Part shown: positions 21,997 to 31,698 of the stretch, one piece after another
How positions within the stretch are numbered: the stretch's first letter is position 1
How the letters are laid out: every line of letters begins with the position of its first letter
Origin: Coriobacteriia bacterium
GTDB lineage: Bacteria > Actinomycetota > Coriobacteriia > Coriobacteriales > UBA8131
Direction: 5' to 3'
Length of the DNA: 64,000 nt
NCBI GenBank assembly: GCA_009784945.1
Contig: WQXH01000003.1
Span: 14,773-78,772 of the forward strand
The notes under the pieces: model-generated
The model's database searches: none
What the model was told of the DNA's origin: nothing
Seen by the model: only the letters and a program-made list of their open reading frames with translations
Translations under genes and position numbers: made by a program

Positions 21997-22812
21997 ATGT
22001 CATACAATGTAAAAACAGCAGACTTCGAAGGCCCCTTTCAGTTGCTTTTGCATCTGGTAAGCCAGCGAAAGGTTGACATTGGCAATATCTCGATAACCGA
22101 GGTGGCAAGCCAGTACCTGGAGTATCTGGGAGACATGAAGAATCTCGACATGGATGTGGCCTCAGACTTTGTTGAGGTTGCTGCCAGCTTACTGGCAATC
22201 AAAGCTTCCTCTCTTTTGCCCAATGCCTCAGACTACGAATTTGACACCGATGAATTTGACGACATCGAACCTGAGCAAGCCAGAGAGATACTTATCTCAC
22301 GCCTCGTGGCTTACAAACAGTTTAGGAATGCTGCTGCCGCTCTTTCTTCTCGCATGGAAAACGAGGGAAGAATGCATGCGCGTCATGCAGGGCTGGAGAT
22401 GCCTTTTCTTTCGGTATTGCCAGACTATCTTGATGGAGTCAATCTCGAGAATTTGGCGCTCATCTGTGCTGGTTTGGCTGCAAGGCGCGAAGAGTTCCTC
22501 ATGGAGGCACGGCATATTGCCGCACGACCCATACCGGTAGAAAGCTGCCTGGAAAACATCTGCGAGCGTCTCTCAAAAAAGAGGCGGATGACCTTTAGCG
22601 AGCTCTTGACCGACCGCCGAGACAGCGCAACGCTCATAGCAAGCTTTTTAGCCATGCTTGAGTTATTCCATAGAGGCATGATTGATGTTGAGCAACAAGA
22701 ACTTGATGGAACCATAGTGCTGAGCTGGATAGACGAAGAGCACTGGGCTCCTGCTGTCCCTCTACCAGGCGAAGCAAGCCCGGTAGACGATTATTTGGAA
22801 AAAAAGAACTAG
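21997..22812 (+). CDS. scpA: Segregation and condensation protein A
   Basis: FEGPFQLLLHL, IKASSLLP, FLAMLEL. Start placed at ATG 21997 because the upstream in-frame part lies in the repeat. Confidence 0.92.
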   Translation: MSYNVKTADFEGPFQLLLHLVSQRKVDIGNISITEVASQYLEYLGDMKNLDMDVASDFVEVAASLLAIKASSLLPNASDYEFDTDEFDDIEPEQAREILISRLVAYKQFRNAAAALSSRMENEGRMHARHAGLEMPFLSVLPDYLDGVNLENLALICAGLAARREEFLMEARHIAARPIPVESCLENICERLSKKRRMTFSELLTDRRDSATLIASFLAMLELFHRGMIDVEQQELDGTIVLSWIDEEHWAPAVPLPGEASPVDDYLEKKN

Positions 22813-22825
22813 AGGAGTGATTGTG

Positions 22826-23545
22826 ATGGCACAAGAGGACTTGTATGGAGTTCTGGAAGCCTTGTTATTTGTATCTGATGAGCCAGTGAGTGCAGCAGAA
22901 CTGGCCAAGATTATAGAAGCACGCCCTTCTGAGGTAGACAGCGCTCTGGCCTTTTTGGCACACCGTTTTGCTGACGAGGAGAGAGGTATACAGCTGCGTG
23001 AGGTAGCAGGAGGATGGCGGTTGTATTCGCACCCAGCCTATCACGAAGTCATCGAACGTTACGTAGCATCTTGGGACACCCGCTCGCTCTCGCAGGCTGC
23101 CTTGGAAACCCTTGCAGTCATAGCCTATCATCAGCCGGTAACACGCTCAAATATCAATGCCATCCGTGGCGTAGGCTCCGAGGGAGTGGTTTCTTCGCTC
23201 GTAGAAAAGGGATTGGTGCGCGAGACAGGGCGTGCCTCTGCTCCAGGAAATGCCATTCTCTACGGCACCAGCCGCACCTTCTTAGAACGTTTTGGCCTCA
23301 AGAGCCTCGGCGATCTGCCCCCCTTGGAACAATTTGCCCCCGACGACTACACCAAGCAGGTCATTCGTGAGCGTCTTTCTGCCGCCGCTGGCAATACCTC
23401 TACACTTGAGCTCGATGCCAGTGCCGAGCAGATGTCCAGAGATACTCAAGACTATGACGACGATGATCGTGATGACTTTGATGAAAAGTACGACTCCGAA
23501 TATGACGCTGAGCTCGAGCTTGCAAGAGAATTGAGCGAATCATAG
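22826..23545 (+). CDS. scpB: Segregation and condensation protein B
   Basis: LEALLF, LSQAALETLAVIAYHQPVTR, YGT...FL..FGL; acidic tail. Confidence 0.95.
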   Translation: MAQEDLYGVLEALLFVSDEPVSAAELAKIIEARPSEVDSALAFLAHRFADEERGIQLREVAGGWRLYSHPAYHEVIERYVASWDTRSLSQAALETLAVIAYHQPVTRSNINAIRGVGSEGVVSSLVEKGLVRETGRASAPGNAILYGTSRTFLERFGLKSLGDLPPLEQFAPDDYTKQVIRERLSAAAGNTSTLELDASAEQMSRDTQDYDDDDRDDFDEKYDSEYDAELELARELSES

Positions 23546-23559
23546 AGCGTCTCTACCCT

Positions 23560-24378
23560 ATGCGCCTTCAGAAGTTTTTAGCTCGCGGCGGAGCTGCTTC
23601 GCGCCGTGGATCAGAAGACCTGATGACTGCTGGCAGGGTTACGGTAAATGGAGCGGTGGTGAGGGAGCTTGGCAGCAAGGTTGACCCCTTGAAAGATGAG
23701 GTGCGCGTAGACAACAAGCTGGTGACCCTTGCAGATCAAAAAGACTACTTTATGATGCACAAACCTGCCGGATATCTCACTACGATGTTTGATCCGCAGG
23801 GGCGTCCTACTGTGTGCGATCTACTACCCAAAGAGCGTGCCGCCGGTCTCTTTCCCGTGGGCAGACTCGACTATGACACCACAGGCCTCCTGCTATTTAT
23901 GACCGATGGCGAGCTGGCTCACCGTCTCTTGCATCCAAAAAATCACGTGGCAAAGCGATATCTGGTAACCGTGGATGGTGTTCTCACCAACGCAGATGTG
24001 ATGCAATTAAGCGAGGGCATCGAGCTTCACGACGGTTTGACCAAGCCGGCAGTGGTTGAGATTCTGGGCGCTCCGCTGGGCAACGGTTCTGGCACCAATC
24101 ATCTTAAGCAGTTCAAGAAACTCAATACCAACGAACGTATACAACTGGCTGCTGGCGAGCTGCCAGTTGTGACAACTGAGGCAAGTATCACGATATCTGA
24201 GGGCCGTAAGCGCCAGGTCAAGCGTATGTTTGCCTACGTAGGCCGCCCGGTAGTCAGTCTGCATCGCCAAGCCTTTGGTTCTGTTGTGCTGGGCGATCTT
24301 GCGCCAGGTGAATGTAGAAAGCTGACTACAGAAGAGGTTGCAGGTTTACAGAACGCAGTGCGGATGGAAGCTGTTTGA
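23560..24378 (+). CDS. rluB: RsuA/RluB-family pseudouridine synthase
   Basis: S4 domain MRLQKFLA, PVGRLDYDTTGLL, EGRKRQVKRM; follows scpAB. Confidence 0.9.
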   Translation: MRLQKFLARGGAASRRGSEDLMTAGRVTVNGAVVRELGSKVDPLKDEVRVDNKLVTLADQKDYFMMHKPAGYLTTMFDPQGRPTVCDLLPKERAAGLFPVGRLDYDTTGLLLFMTDGELAHRLLHPKNHVAKRYLVTVDGVLTNADVMQLSEGIELHDGLTKPAVVEILGAPLGNGSGTNHLKQFKKLNTNERIQLAAGELPVVTTEASITISEGRKRQVKRMFAYVGRPVVSLHRQAFGSVVLGDLAPGECRKLTTEEVAGLQNAVRMEAV

Positions 24379-24439
24379 GCACCGTTGACTTGAGGGAGTA
24401 TTGCAGCAGCACCTGCTGAGAGGGAGGGGAGCTGTGTCT

Positions 24440-24961
24440 TCAGTATCCAGTCAAGTTGAGACCTTCGAGTGTGCCTCTAAACATAGGGCCAGTTTTGCTG
24501 AATCTGGCAAAGTCATCGGGAAAGACTATCGAGCTTCGTTTGTGCAAGCGAGCTTCCTCGGCAGGTTCCAGGATTTCTGCAACAAACTGGCTGCAGAAGC
24601 GACGATACTTTCTCTTCCAATAAGGAAAACGCACCGCAGCCATCAAGACTCCAGGCACATCATACTTCCAGATCTTGCAGCTATCATGGAAGGAAGCCAA
24701 ATGCTTTTTCATTTCGTCGTAGTCTTCTTGAGATACCGAGATCTTATACAAGGCGCACTTAACGTTTTTGCGCTTTTGACAGATTTTTTCGGGCTCTTCG
24801 ATATGAAAGCCTCTTCGGGTAAAGCTGTAGAACTTACCCTTCTCATCGTCAAAACCTATCGAAGCATGCGAATAGTAGCCCCGAATCAAGAAGAGAATAA
24901 ACAAAGAGAAATTGTCTGAATGCTTTGTGAGTAATACAAAAACATCCCGCGTGTCGCTCAT
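24440..24961 (-). CDS. Hypothetical protein, permuted papain-like (NlpC/P60, YaeF/YiiX-like)
   Basis: YSHASIG precedes YD...FCSQFVA (His before Cys); RBS gagagg. Confidence 0.65.
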   Translation of the reverse strand: MSDTRDVFVLLTKHSDNFSLFILFLIRGYYSHASIGFDDEKGKFYSFTRRGFHIEEPEKICQKRKNVKCALYKISVSQEDYDEMKKHLASFHDSCKIWKYDVPGVLMAAVRFPYWKRKYRRFCSQFVAEILEPAEEARLHKRSSIVFPDDFARFSKTGPMFRGTLEGLNLTGY

Positions 24962-25108
24962 CGACCGACCTCTCGTTATCAACACGACCGTGCACTCTTA
25001 AGAGTTTTTACAAACCTAACTGGTATATGCTAGCAGAAAACAGAAAAAACCGCCAATACGCGCCCAGTTTTGTTACCAGTTGCATGGGGTTGGTTCACTA
25101 GTCACACA

Positions 25109-25220
25109 TCTGTCGTCCTGTCGCGTTTTGCGCAGACCTACTACAGGTCTGTCTATAATGCTAGCAGACCCTGCGGTCCTGTCCTGCAACATTCGAGCGC
25201 AGCTCGAATGTTGCACGAAC
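25109..25220. repeat. Palindromic elements related to 10798-10840
   Basis: Shares ctgtcgtcctgtcgc; hairpins cagacct-actac-aggtctg and tgcaacattcgag-cgcag-ctcgaatgttgca. Confidence 0.75.
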
Positions 25221-25340
25221 CGCTCTTCGAGCGAACGCGACATGAGGTGTAGGATGAGTTGGACTGAACTGTTACATGGGTTGCCAGGGGGACGGTTACT
25301 TTTAGCGCTGCAAAAAAACTATAATTATTGAGCAGATATT

Positions 25341-25434
25341 ACGGTTGTGCATGATTTCCAGGGAAAATAACCCTTAGATAGCCTGAATATGGCTATTCTA
25401 GTGTACTTAGGCACAAAAAATCGTGCACAACCGT
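25341..25434. repeat. AT-rich inverted-repeat element
   Basis: acggttgtgcatgattt / aaatcgtgcacaaccgt (17 bp, one mismatch); inner tagatagcc...ggctattcta. Confidence 0.7.
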
Positions 25435-25524
25435 CATTGTGGCACAAATTCTGGCTAAATAATGTAGAAGAGGCTTGAGCAGATACAGGTAACGGGGCAG
25501 GAGCATGTGACAAGACGGAAGTTA

Positions 25525-25980
25525 TCAGTAGCACTCTTGCGGACTCCTCCCTTCTTTGAGGCAGGTGTAGACTTGCTCTACAGCAGCAAGTACATCGTCA
25601 TGCAATGGGGCAAAGAATTCGGTATGAGAGGGTTGTATACCCAAGAAGACCACTTCTTTACAGCATGCTTTGAGTTCACTCAGTAGATAGGTGAGGGGAA
25701 GTGAGTGAGTAGTGATGAGGTAGTCAGTAAAGACCTCCTCCTCATGCAAAATGCGTACTGCGCCAGGCTCAAGTCCCATGTCTGCCGCATCTACCACAAG
25801 GAGGTAGTCCGGTGACTTTCTGCGAATGACTGCCAACTCGTCTTCGGGCGTCTGTCCTCCATCGATGACCTCCCACCCACTAGCGGGATCATCCATAAGC
25901 ATCTTGGCAAGCAATGGCCCAGCTGCATCATCGCCTCTTAGCACGCTGCCAACAGTAAGAATCAAGGAGTTGCTACTCAA
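25525..25980 (-). CDS. hycI: Hydrogenase maturation endopeptidase
   Basis: VGSVLRGDDAAGP, DGGQTPE, VDAADMG, TTHSLPL. Confidence 0.93.
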   Translation of the reverse strand: MSSNSLILTVGSVLRGDDAAGPLLAKMLMDDPASGWEVIDGGQTPEDELAVIRRKSPDYLLVVDAADMGLEPGAVRILHEEEVFTDYLITTHSLPLTYLLSELKACCKEVVFLGIQPSHTEFFAPLHDDVLAAVEQVYTCLKEGRSPQECY

Positions 25981-26396
25981 GGGCGCACCTCTCTCGCCAT
26001 TAAGTACACCGTGCGAGAGCGCATGATACGATTGAGAGACTGAGCAAAGCTCAGCAGCCAGACAGCAGAGGATTGCCCTAAGTTTTGTAGTGCTACAAGC
26101 AGATAAGCCGCATGGTTTTTGTCTATCTGAATCTCCCCATGCCTCAGTATGCCTTCGAGCTTGTAGCGCGCTTGACTTCCCTCTGGCAGCATCTCGATCA
26201 GCTTGCGGTATTCATGCATTGGGCACCGGAACGCTTCACTCAAGCAGTCGATGACACCCGTGTGGTGCCCAACAGCTAAAGCGTAGTAGAGCACTTCTTG
26301 AGACTGCTCAGGAACTGCACGCTCGCTATCAACAAACTTGGTGCTCAATTGATAGAAGATTACCTCACCGCCGTCAGTAGAGCTACTGCTGCTCAT
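25977..26396 (-). CDS. hyfJ: Formate hydrogenlyase maturation protein HycH/HyfJ
   Basis: FYQLSTKFVD, YYALAVGHHTGVIDCL. Confidence 0.88.
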   Translation of the reverse strand: MSSSSSTDGGEVIFYQLSTKFVDSERAVPEQSQEVLYYALAVGHHTGVIDCLSEAFRCPMHEYRKLIEMLPEGSQARYKLEGILRHGEIQIDKNHAAYLLVALQNLGQSSAVWLLSFAQSLNRIMRSRTVYLMAREVRP

Positions 26397-27195
26397 AACA
26401 AGCTTCCATGCTGGCAGTAAGGGCACAAAGCTCAGTCTTGAGCTCGGTAAGCACCTCTCTCTTGCGCGGATCGCTCGCCTCAGAAATCAGGGCTTGTATG
26501 CTGATAAGAGCGTCCTCACCGCCAGACTCGAGAGCTGCCATGAACTCGTTGGACATGTCCTTGCCCGAGCGATAACCAGAGAGCACCCGTGCCTTGCGCT
26601 CGATAGCCGTTCTCACCTTATAGGGTATGGCCTCAAAAGGCAGGGGAGCAAGCTCGCCGGGCAGCTCCGCAGATGTGCTTCTCTGAAGCTTTTGTTCAAG
26701 CAAGCCTAATGCCATCGCAAAACCATAGATGGTTTGAGCAGGGGTGGGTGGGCAGCCGGGAACATAGACATCTACAGGAAAAAGCTGGTCAGTTCCACCC
26801 CACACACAATAGTTGTCGTGAAAGATGCCACCCGTGCAGCCGCAGGCTCCGTAAGACACAACGAGCTTGGGGTCGGGCGCACCCTGCCAGGCACGCAGTG
26901 CAGGCATGCGCATCGAGCGGGTGAGCGAGCCCGTATATATCAAGATGTCTGCGTGACGCGGGCTGGGTGTGTTTTTGATGCCAAAGCGCTCGGCGTCAAA
27001 CACCGGAGTGATGGTTGAGAAGATTTCTATCTCGCAGCCATTGCAGCCTCCGCAGTCAATGCGATAGAGATAGACAGAGCGTTTGATGCTGTTTAAGAGG
27101 GCAGACTTGGCCTTGATGATGCTTTCATCAAGGGTAATCCTATCCAGCTTATATTGAAGGCGACTGGGGTATTCGTGATCTATTAACACAGCCAC
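26383..27195 (-). CDS. hyfI: Group 4 [NiFe]-hydrogenase small subunit HyfI/HycG
   Basis: DCGGCNGCEIE, SPRHADIL, GACGCTGG, VPGCPPTP. Confidence 0.93.
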   Translation of the reverse strand: MAVLIDHEYPSRLQYKLDRITLDESIIKAKSALLNSIKRSVYLYRIDCGGCNGCEIEIFSTITPVFDAERFGIKNTPSPRHADILIYTGSLTRSMRMPALRAWQGAPDPKLVVSYGACGCTGGIFHDNYCVWGGTDQLFPVDVYVPGCPPTPAQTIYGFAMALGLLEQKLQRSTSAELPGELAPLPFEAIPYKVRTAIERKARVLSGYRSGKDMSNEFMAALESGGEDALISIQALISEASDPRKREVLTELKTELCALTASMEACYEQQ

Positions 27196-27725
27196 TCACC
27201 TTCCTCTTTGGATTGCTCCATTAAGCGTTGTACGTCGTACTTTTGCTTGCACTTGGGGCACACCTTGGCGTACTCCAACTTCTGGGCCGCGGTGTTTGTG
27301 TCTTTGCCTTGAGCCAGTATGCGCGCCACGTACGCAACCTGCTTGGCAGGAGCAAAGTGAGAGCCGCATTGTGTGCAGGCTTGCAGGTGGTAAACGCAGA
27401 GCTCTTCCATGTCTTCCTTGGTCATGACTGCCAGCTCAAATTCTGTACCCAGCCTGATGGCCTTGCTGGGACAGACCTCCTCGCAACGCCCACAAAACAC
27501 GCATCTACCGTAGTTGATCGACCAGGTCTTGGTGCCCTCTCTCATATCAAGCGGTGTTTGAATGGCATTGGGAGGGCAGGCCACTGCGCAGGCAGAGCAT
27601 ACCATGCACTTGACATGATTATGCTCGGGCTTGCCTCGCACATCCTGTGGCCGCTCAAGCGGCGCAAAGGGATACTTGACGGTGGCGTTGCCGGTTCTGA
27701 GAACCTCTTTAATGGTTTTAAACAC
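27183..27725 (-). CDS. hyfH: FHL Fe-S subunit HyfH/HycF
   Basis: TVKYPF, CMVCSACAVACP, GRCVFCGRCEEVCP. Confidence 0.92.
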   Translation of the reverse strand: MFKTIKEVLRTGNATVKYPFAPLERPQDVRGKPEHNHVKCMVCSACAVACPPNAIQTPLDMREGTKTWSINYGRCVFCGRCEEVCPSKAIRLGTEFELAVMTKEDMEELCVYHLQACTQCGSHFAPAKQVAYVARILAQGKDTNTAAQKLEYAKVCPKCKQKYDVQRLMEQSKEEGEWLC

Positions 27726-27751
27726 GTGCCTCTTCTTTCTTACATTTCAAA

Positions 27752-29485
27752 CTAGATAATCACCGTGCTTTTTTCCAGCGGTGAGTGTTTGCGGTTGCGG
27801 CAGTAGCTCTCTAATTGCTGGCGACTCAACACTTGTTGCTTTTTGCTCTTAACATCAATAACAGCTACACGCTCGGCGCAGGAGTAGCAGGGGTCAATGC
27901 TACCCACTATCATGGCAGCGTCAGAGATGGTGTTGCCTCTGAACATATACCTGAGCGGCGGCCAGTTACTGTACGTAGAGGCTTTGGCTCTCCACCGGTA
28001 GCACTTTTGATTATCGCCGATCATAGACCAGTGAAGATCTTCTCCGCGGGGAGCCTCGGTGAGAGCCACCGCAAAGCGATGCGGCTCGTGCGACCAAGAC
28101 TCATTTAAGATGGGGCCGCCCGGTGTATTTTCTAAAAGCTCTCCGATAATTGACAGGCTGTCCATGAATTCGTCAATCCGTACCAAGGTGCGTCCCTTGA
28201 CATCGCAACTTTCTTGAGTAATGGGAGAGCGCTCAATGAACTTATAGCCATCATAGGGGTGCAACCAGCGCGCATCACGAGCAAAGCCGCTGCCTCTGAT
28301 GGTGGGCCCCACCGGGCTGTAGTCGCGCGCCACCCCTTTATCGAGTATGCCAATGCCCTCGGTGCGTTTGAGGAAGTGTGGCGTGCTGAGCAGCTCGTCA
28401 ACAAGATGCTTAACATCGGTGCGCAGCTCATCGAGACACTTGAGGGTTGCCAGCTTTTGCTCTGCCAGGATGTCGCGGCGCACTCCACCGATGAGGTTGA
28501 GTCCATAGGTCTTGCGTGCTCCGGTAAGCATCTCTGCCAGATCCATGGACTTCTCGCGCACCCTGAACATATGGTGGAAGCCTGTATCAAAACCGCTGAA
28601 GTGGCAGACCAAGCCTAAGTTGAGCAGGTGCGAGTGCAGCCGCTCGGTTTCTAAGATGATGCTCCTGATGTACTGAGCCCTGAGCGGCACCTCGATCTGC
28701 TGTGCCTTTTCGATGGTCTCAACGTAGGCAACGGAGTGGGCAAAGCCACAGATGCCGCAGATGCGCTCTGCTAAGAAGGGCACGGTATCGTAGTTCATGC
28801 GCGATTCAGCACACTTTTCCATGCCGCGGTGCACATAAAACATGCGATAGTCGGCATCGATGATGTCTTCGCCCTCCACAAACAACCTGAAGTGACCCGG
28901 CTCGTCTGAGGTAATATGCAAAGGCCCCATGGGCATGACAGTGGTGTCGTGCCCAGCCGTCTCATAAAGGAATTCGTAGTTTTCTACATCGGTTGTGGGT
29001 TCGGGGCGGTGTCGGTAGTCCATGGTATCCTTGCGAAGCGGATAGAGCCCTTCAGGCCAGTCGTCGGGCAAGACGAGGTTTCGCCTGTCGGTTATTCCGA
29101 GCGCCTTGAGTCCAAACATGTCCTGCACCTCGCGTTCGCCCCATATCACGGCGGGTACCCGCGAGCTGGCTGAGTAAAACTCGCAGCTGTCTGCCGGAAC
29201 CTCAACGCGTACCGTGCAAAAGCAAGGGTCGGCTCCTTCCATAGAGAGTACGTAGTAAAGCGCATAGCGCCCATTCAGCGGTCGCTCATCATTGCCTACC
29301 AGTACCGAGAACCACCCATCGCGCTCGTAGTAGAGATGCTCAACGAGCTCGGGAGCCTGCTTGGGCGTGCTTTCTATCACGACCTGATTGTCAGCGCTCC
29401 ACGATACCCCTCGTACCGCCTCAGGAAAGCGTTCCTTTGCTGACAACACATGAGTTTCACCGCTTCTTAACTCTTTATCATTCAT
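27752..29485 (-). CDS. hyfG: Group 4a [NiFe]-hydrogenase large subunit HyfG/HycE
   Basis: GPLHITSDEPGHFRL, RICGICGFAH (L1), DPCYSC (L2) plus C-terminal extension. Confidence 0.96.
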   Translation of the reverse strand: MNDKELRSGETHVLSAKERFPEAVRGVSWSADNQVVIESTPKQAPELVEHLYYERDGWFSVLVGNDERPLNGRYALYYVLSMEGADPCFCTVRVEVPADSCEFYSASSRVPAVIWGEREVQDMFGLKALGITDRRNLVLPDDWPEGLYPLRKDTMDYRHRPEPTTDVENYEFLYETAGHDTTVMPMGPLHITSDEPGHFRLFVEGEDIIDADYRMFYVHRGMEKCAESRMNYDTVPFLAERICGICGFAHSVAYVETIEKAQQIEVPLRAQYIRSIILETERLHSHLLNLGLVCHFSGFDTGFHHMFRVREKSMDLAEMLTGARKTYGLNLIGGVRRDILAEQKLATLKCLDELRTDVKHLVDELLSTPHFLKRTEGIGILDKGVARDYSPVGPTIRGSGFARDARWLHPYDGYKFIERSPITQESCDVKGRTLVRIDEFMDSLSIIGELLENTPGGPILNESWSHEPHRFAVALTEAPRGEDLHWSMIGDNQKCYRWRAKASTYSNWPPLRYMFRGNTISDAAMIVGSIDPCYSCAERVAVIDVKSKKQQVLSRQQLESYCRNRKHSPLEKSTVII

Positions 29486-31028
29486 CAAATAAGTCCTTAA
29501 TGACAGGTGCCTCAAGCAACACATTGCCTTCTTCCTGCAACACTATAGCCGTTGCCGCCTCAATGCCTTTGAAGAGCTGTTGTGGCATGGCTACGCCAAA
29601 CCAGAGTATCACGACCACCAAAAGAATCTGGGGAACCAGCGCAAATACCCCCACTTCTCCCTTGGCAGCATCTTCCGGCGCCTTGCTCAAGACCATTTTT
29701 GAAATGGCACGGAAGCAGGCGGCTATGACCACCGTCAAAACCAGGCCAAAGATGACCACCACTATGATGTTGCCAGAAACTACGGCCGCTATAATGGCAA
29801 GCACTTCCGACACAAAAAGCGCAAAGGGAGGAAAGCCCGCCAGCGACACAAAGCCAATGACCAGCAGCACAGCAGTAGCAGGCGCCACTTGCAGGACGCC
29901 TTTGATTTTGGAGAGCTCGCGCGTGCCGTACTTCATATCCAAATTGCCCGTAAGGCAAAAGAGCAAGGCTTTGATGAAGCCATGAAAGACACAGTGCAAC
30001 AGAGCAGCTGCTATGCCCAAGGGGCCGCCAAAGCCCAAGCAGAGTGCCACGATACCGATGTTTTCGCAGCTGGAGTAGGCAAGCAGACGCTTGACATCAT
30101 CTTGCATGAGCATGGCGAAGGCAGCAATGATCACGGAAACTATGCCAATAATCAGCATGATCATCTGAGGGAAGCCAGATCCCAAGGTCTCTACGGCAAG
30201 TGTATAGAAGCGCATGATGATAAGCACGGCGCACTTGAGCAGCACGCCAGAAAGCAGAGCCGAAACGGGGCTTGGAGCCTCTGAGTGCGCATCGGGCAGC
30301 CAGGTATGCAGGGGAAAGAGACCCGCCTTGGTGCCAAAGCCCACTACGGCAAAGACAAAAGCAATTTGCATGAGCAGGGGATCAAAGGGTGCACCGCTCC
30401 CTACCAACGAAGTCCAAAAGATAGCTTGGCTGGAGTCCGCTAGAGCGCTCGCGCCATTGGCGTACACCAAAAGCGTACCATAAAGCCCAAAGGCCACACC
30501 AACCGTGCAAATGATAAGGTACTTCCAGGCCGCCTCAAGCGAGAATCGATTGTTGTAGAGGGCCACCAAGAAGACGGTGGCCAGTGTGGTAGCCTCAATA
30601 GCCACCCACATCATGATTATGTTGTTGGAGAGGACTGCAACCAGCATCGTAAAGATAAAAAGGTTAAAGAAGAAATAGTAATGCTTGACTTGCCTGTTGC
30701 TCAGCGTGTCGTTGCCCACCTTGTGGCGCAGGTAGGGCAGCGAGTACCATCCGGCAAGCAAACCTACGGCACCTATCAAGAAGATAAACACGGCTCCGAG
30801 CGCATCAAGATAGAACCAAGAGCCCAGCGCCTGGACATTCTCGCCATTGAGCACCACTGTTATGGCAAGGTAGAGTGCTGAGACGCAAACAATGGTTAAA
30901 GAGAACGCATGCAGCACCTCGTACGCCCAATGCGGTAAGATCTTTGAGGGCAGCACCGCTGTTAACAGTGCCGCTGCAAAGGGAGTGGCCATGAGGGCAA
31001 TGACGAGCAGAGTGCTTTCCAAGGTCAT
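29478..31028 (-). CDS. hyfF: Hydrogenase-4 membrane subunit F
   Basis: WVAIEATTL, SLEAAWKY, GTKAGLFPLHTWLPDAHSEAPSPVS. Confidence 0.93.
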   Translation of the reverse strand: MTLESTLLVIALMATPFAAALLTAVLPSKILPHWAYEVLHAFSLTIVCVSALYLAITVVLNGENVQALGSWFYLDALGAVFIFLIGAVGLLAGWYSLPYLRHKVGNDTLSNRQVKHYYFFFNLFIFTMLVAVLSNNIIMMWVAIEATTLATVFLVALYNNRFSLEAAWKYLIICTVGVAFGLYGTLLVYANGASALADSSQAIFWTSLVGSGAPFDPLLMQIAFVFAVVGFGTKAGLFPLHTWLPDAHSEAPSPVSALLSGVLLKCAVLIIMRFYTLAVETLGSGFPQMIMLIIGIVSVIIAAFAMLMQDDVKRLLAYSSCENIGIVALCLGFGGPLGIAAALLHCVFHGFIKALLFCLTGNLDMKYGTRELSKIKGVLQVAPATAVLLVIGFVSLAGFPPFALFVSEVLAIIAAVVSGNIIVVVIFGLVLTVVIAACFRAISKMVLSKAPEDAAKGEVGVFALVPQILLVVVILWFGVAMPQQLFKGIEAATAIVLQEEGNVLLEAPVIKDLFDE

Positions 31029-31035
31029 CTCCCTC

Positions 31036-31689
31036 CTAACCCCTGAGCTTTGTTATCTCGTTGGCATCAAGCGTGCCTATTGTGCGATACATACGTGTTG
31101 CCATGATGACCATGACTATGACAACGAGTACGGCATCAGTGGCTATACCGATTTCTACCAGCATGGGCGCCTCAGGCGCAAGCAGAGCAAGCGAGACATG
31201 TGAGCCATTTTCCATAAGGCAAAAGCCAAAGATCTGCTTGATAATCGAGCGCTGACTAATGATGCAGGTAATTCCGATGAAGAAGAGTGCGAGCGAAACT
31301 GCCAAGGCAGGCTTGACCTCAAGTGCCGTGGGCAGCGTAATGCCGCTCACCACCAAAACACAGAGCACCACAATGACCACTGTCAACGCCACAGTAACGG
31401 TAGGGGCAAGACGTGGCGGCATGTCTTCTTGCTGAGGCTTCATCTTTTTAAGAGCAAAGAGCAGTATCGCCGGCACCAAAATAACCTTGGTGATGAAGGC
31501 AGTGATGCTCCAGGTGTAAAGCCCGTGTGCACCAGATGCAGAGCCAAGCGTTATCAAGATGGCTACTAGCACCAAAGCCTGTGTGCCATAGATGTAGGCA
31601 GCTTTACGAGGACTCTTGGCCAAGATGAGCACCAGCGAAGTCAAAATGAGGAGGGTGCTCAAGATATTTACGATGATGTATCCGCTCAT
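31036..31689 (-). CDS. hyfE: Hydrogenase-4 membrane subunit E
   Basis: TKVILVP, KQIFGFCLMENG; position in the operon. Confidence 0.92.
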   Translation of the reverse strand: MSGYIIVNILSTLLILTSLVLILAKSPRKAAYIYGTQALVLVAILITLGSASGAHGLYTWSITAFITKVILVPAILLFALKKMKPQQEDMPPRLAPTVTVALTVVIVVLCVLVVSGITLPTALEVKPALAVSLALFFIGITCIISQRSIIKQIFGFCLMENGSHVSLALLAPEAPMLVEIGIATDAVLVVIVMVIMATRMYRTIGTLDANEITKLRG

Positions 31690-31698
31690 CACAACCAC

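Noticed and set aside
21761-22198. 145-aa minus-strand ORF with a duplicated peptide, and the 22-aa ScpA N-terminal extension
   Set aside because: Both arise from translating the 129-bp tandem repeat.
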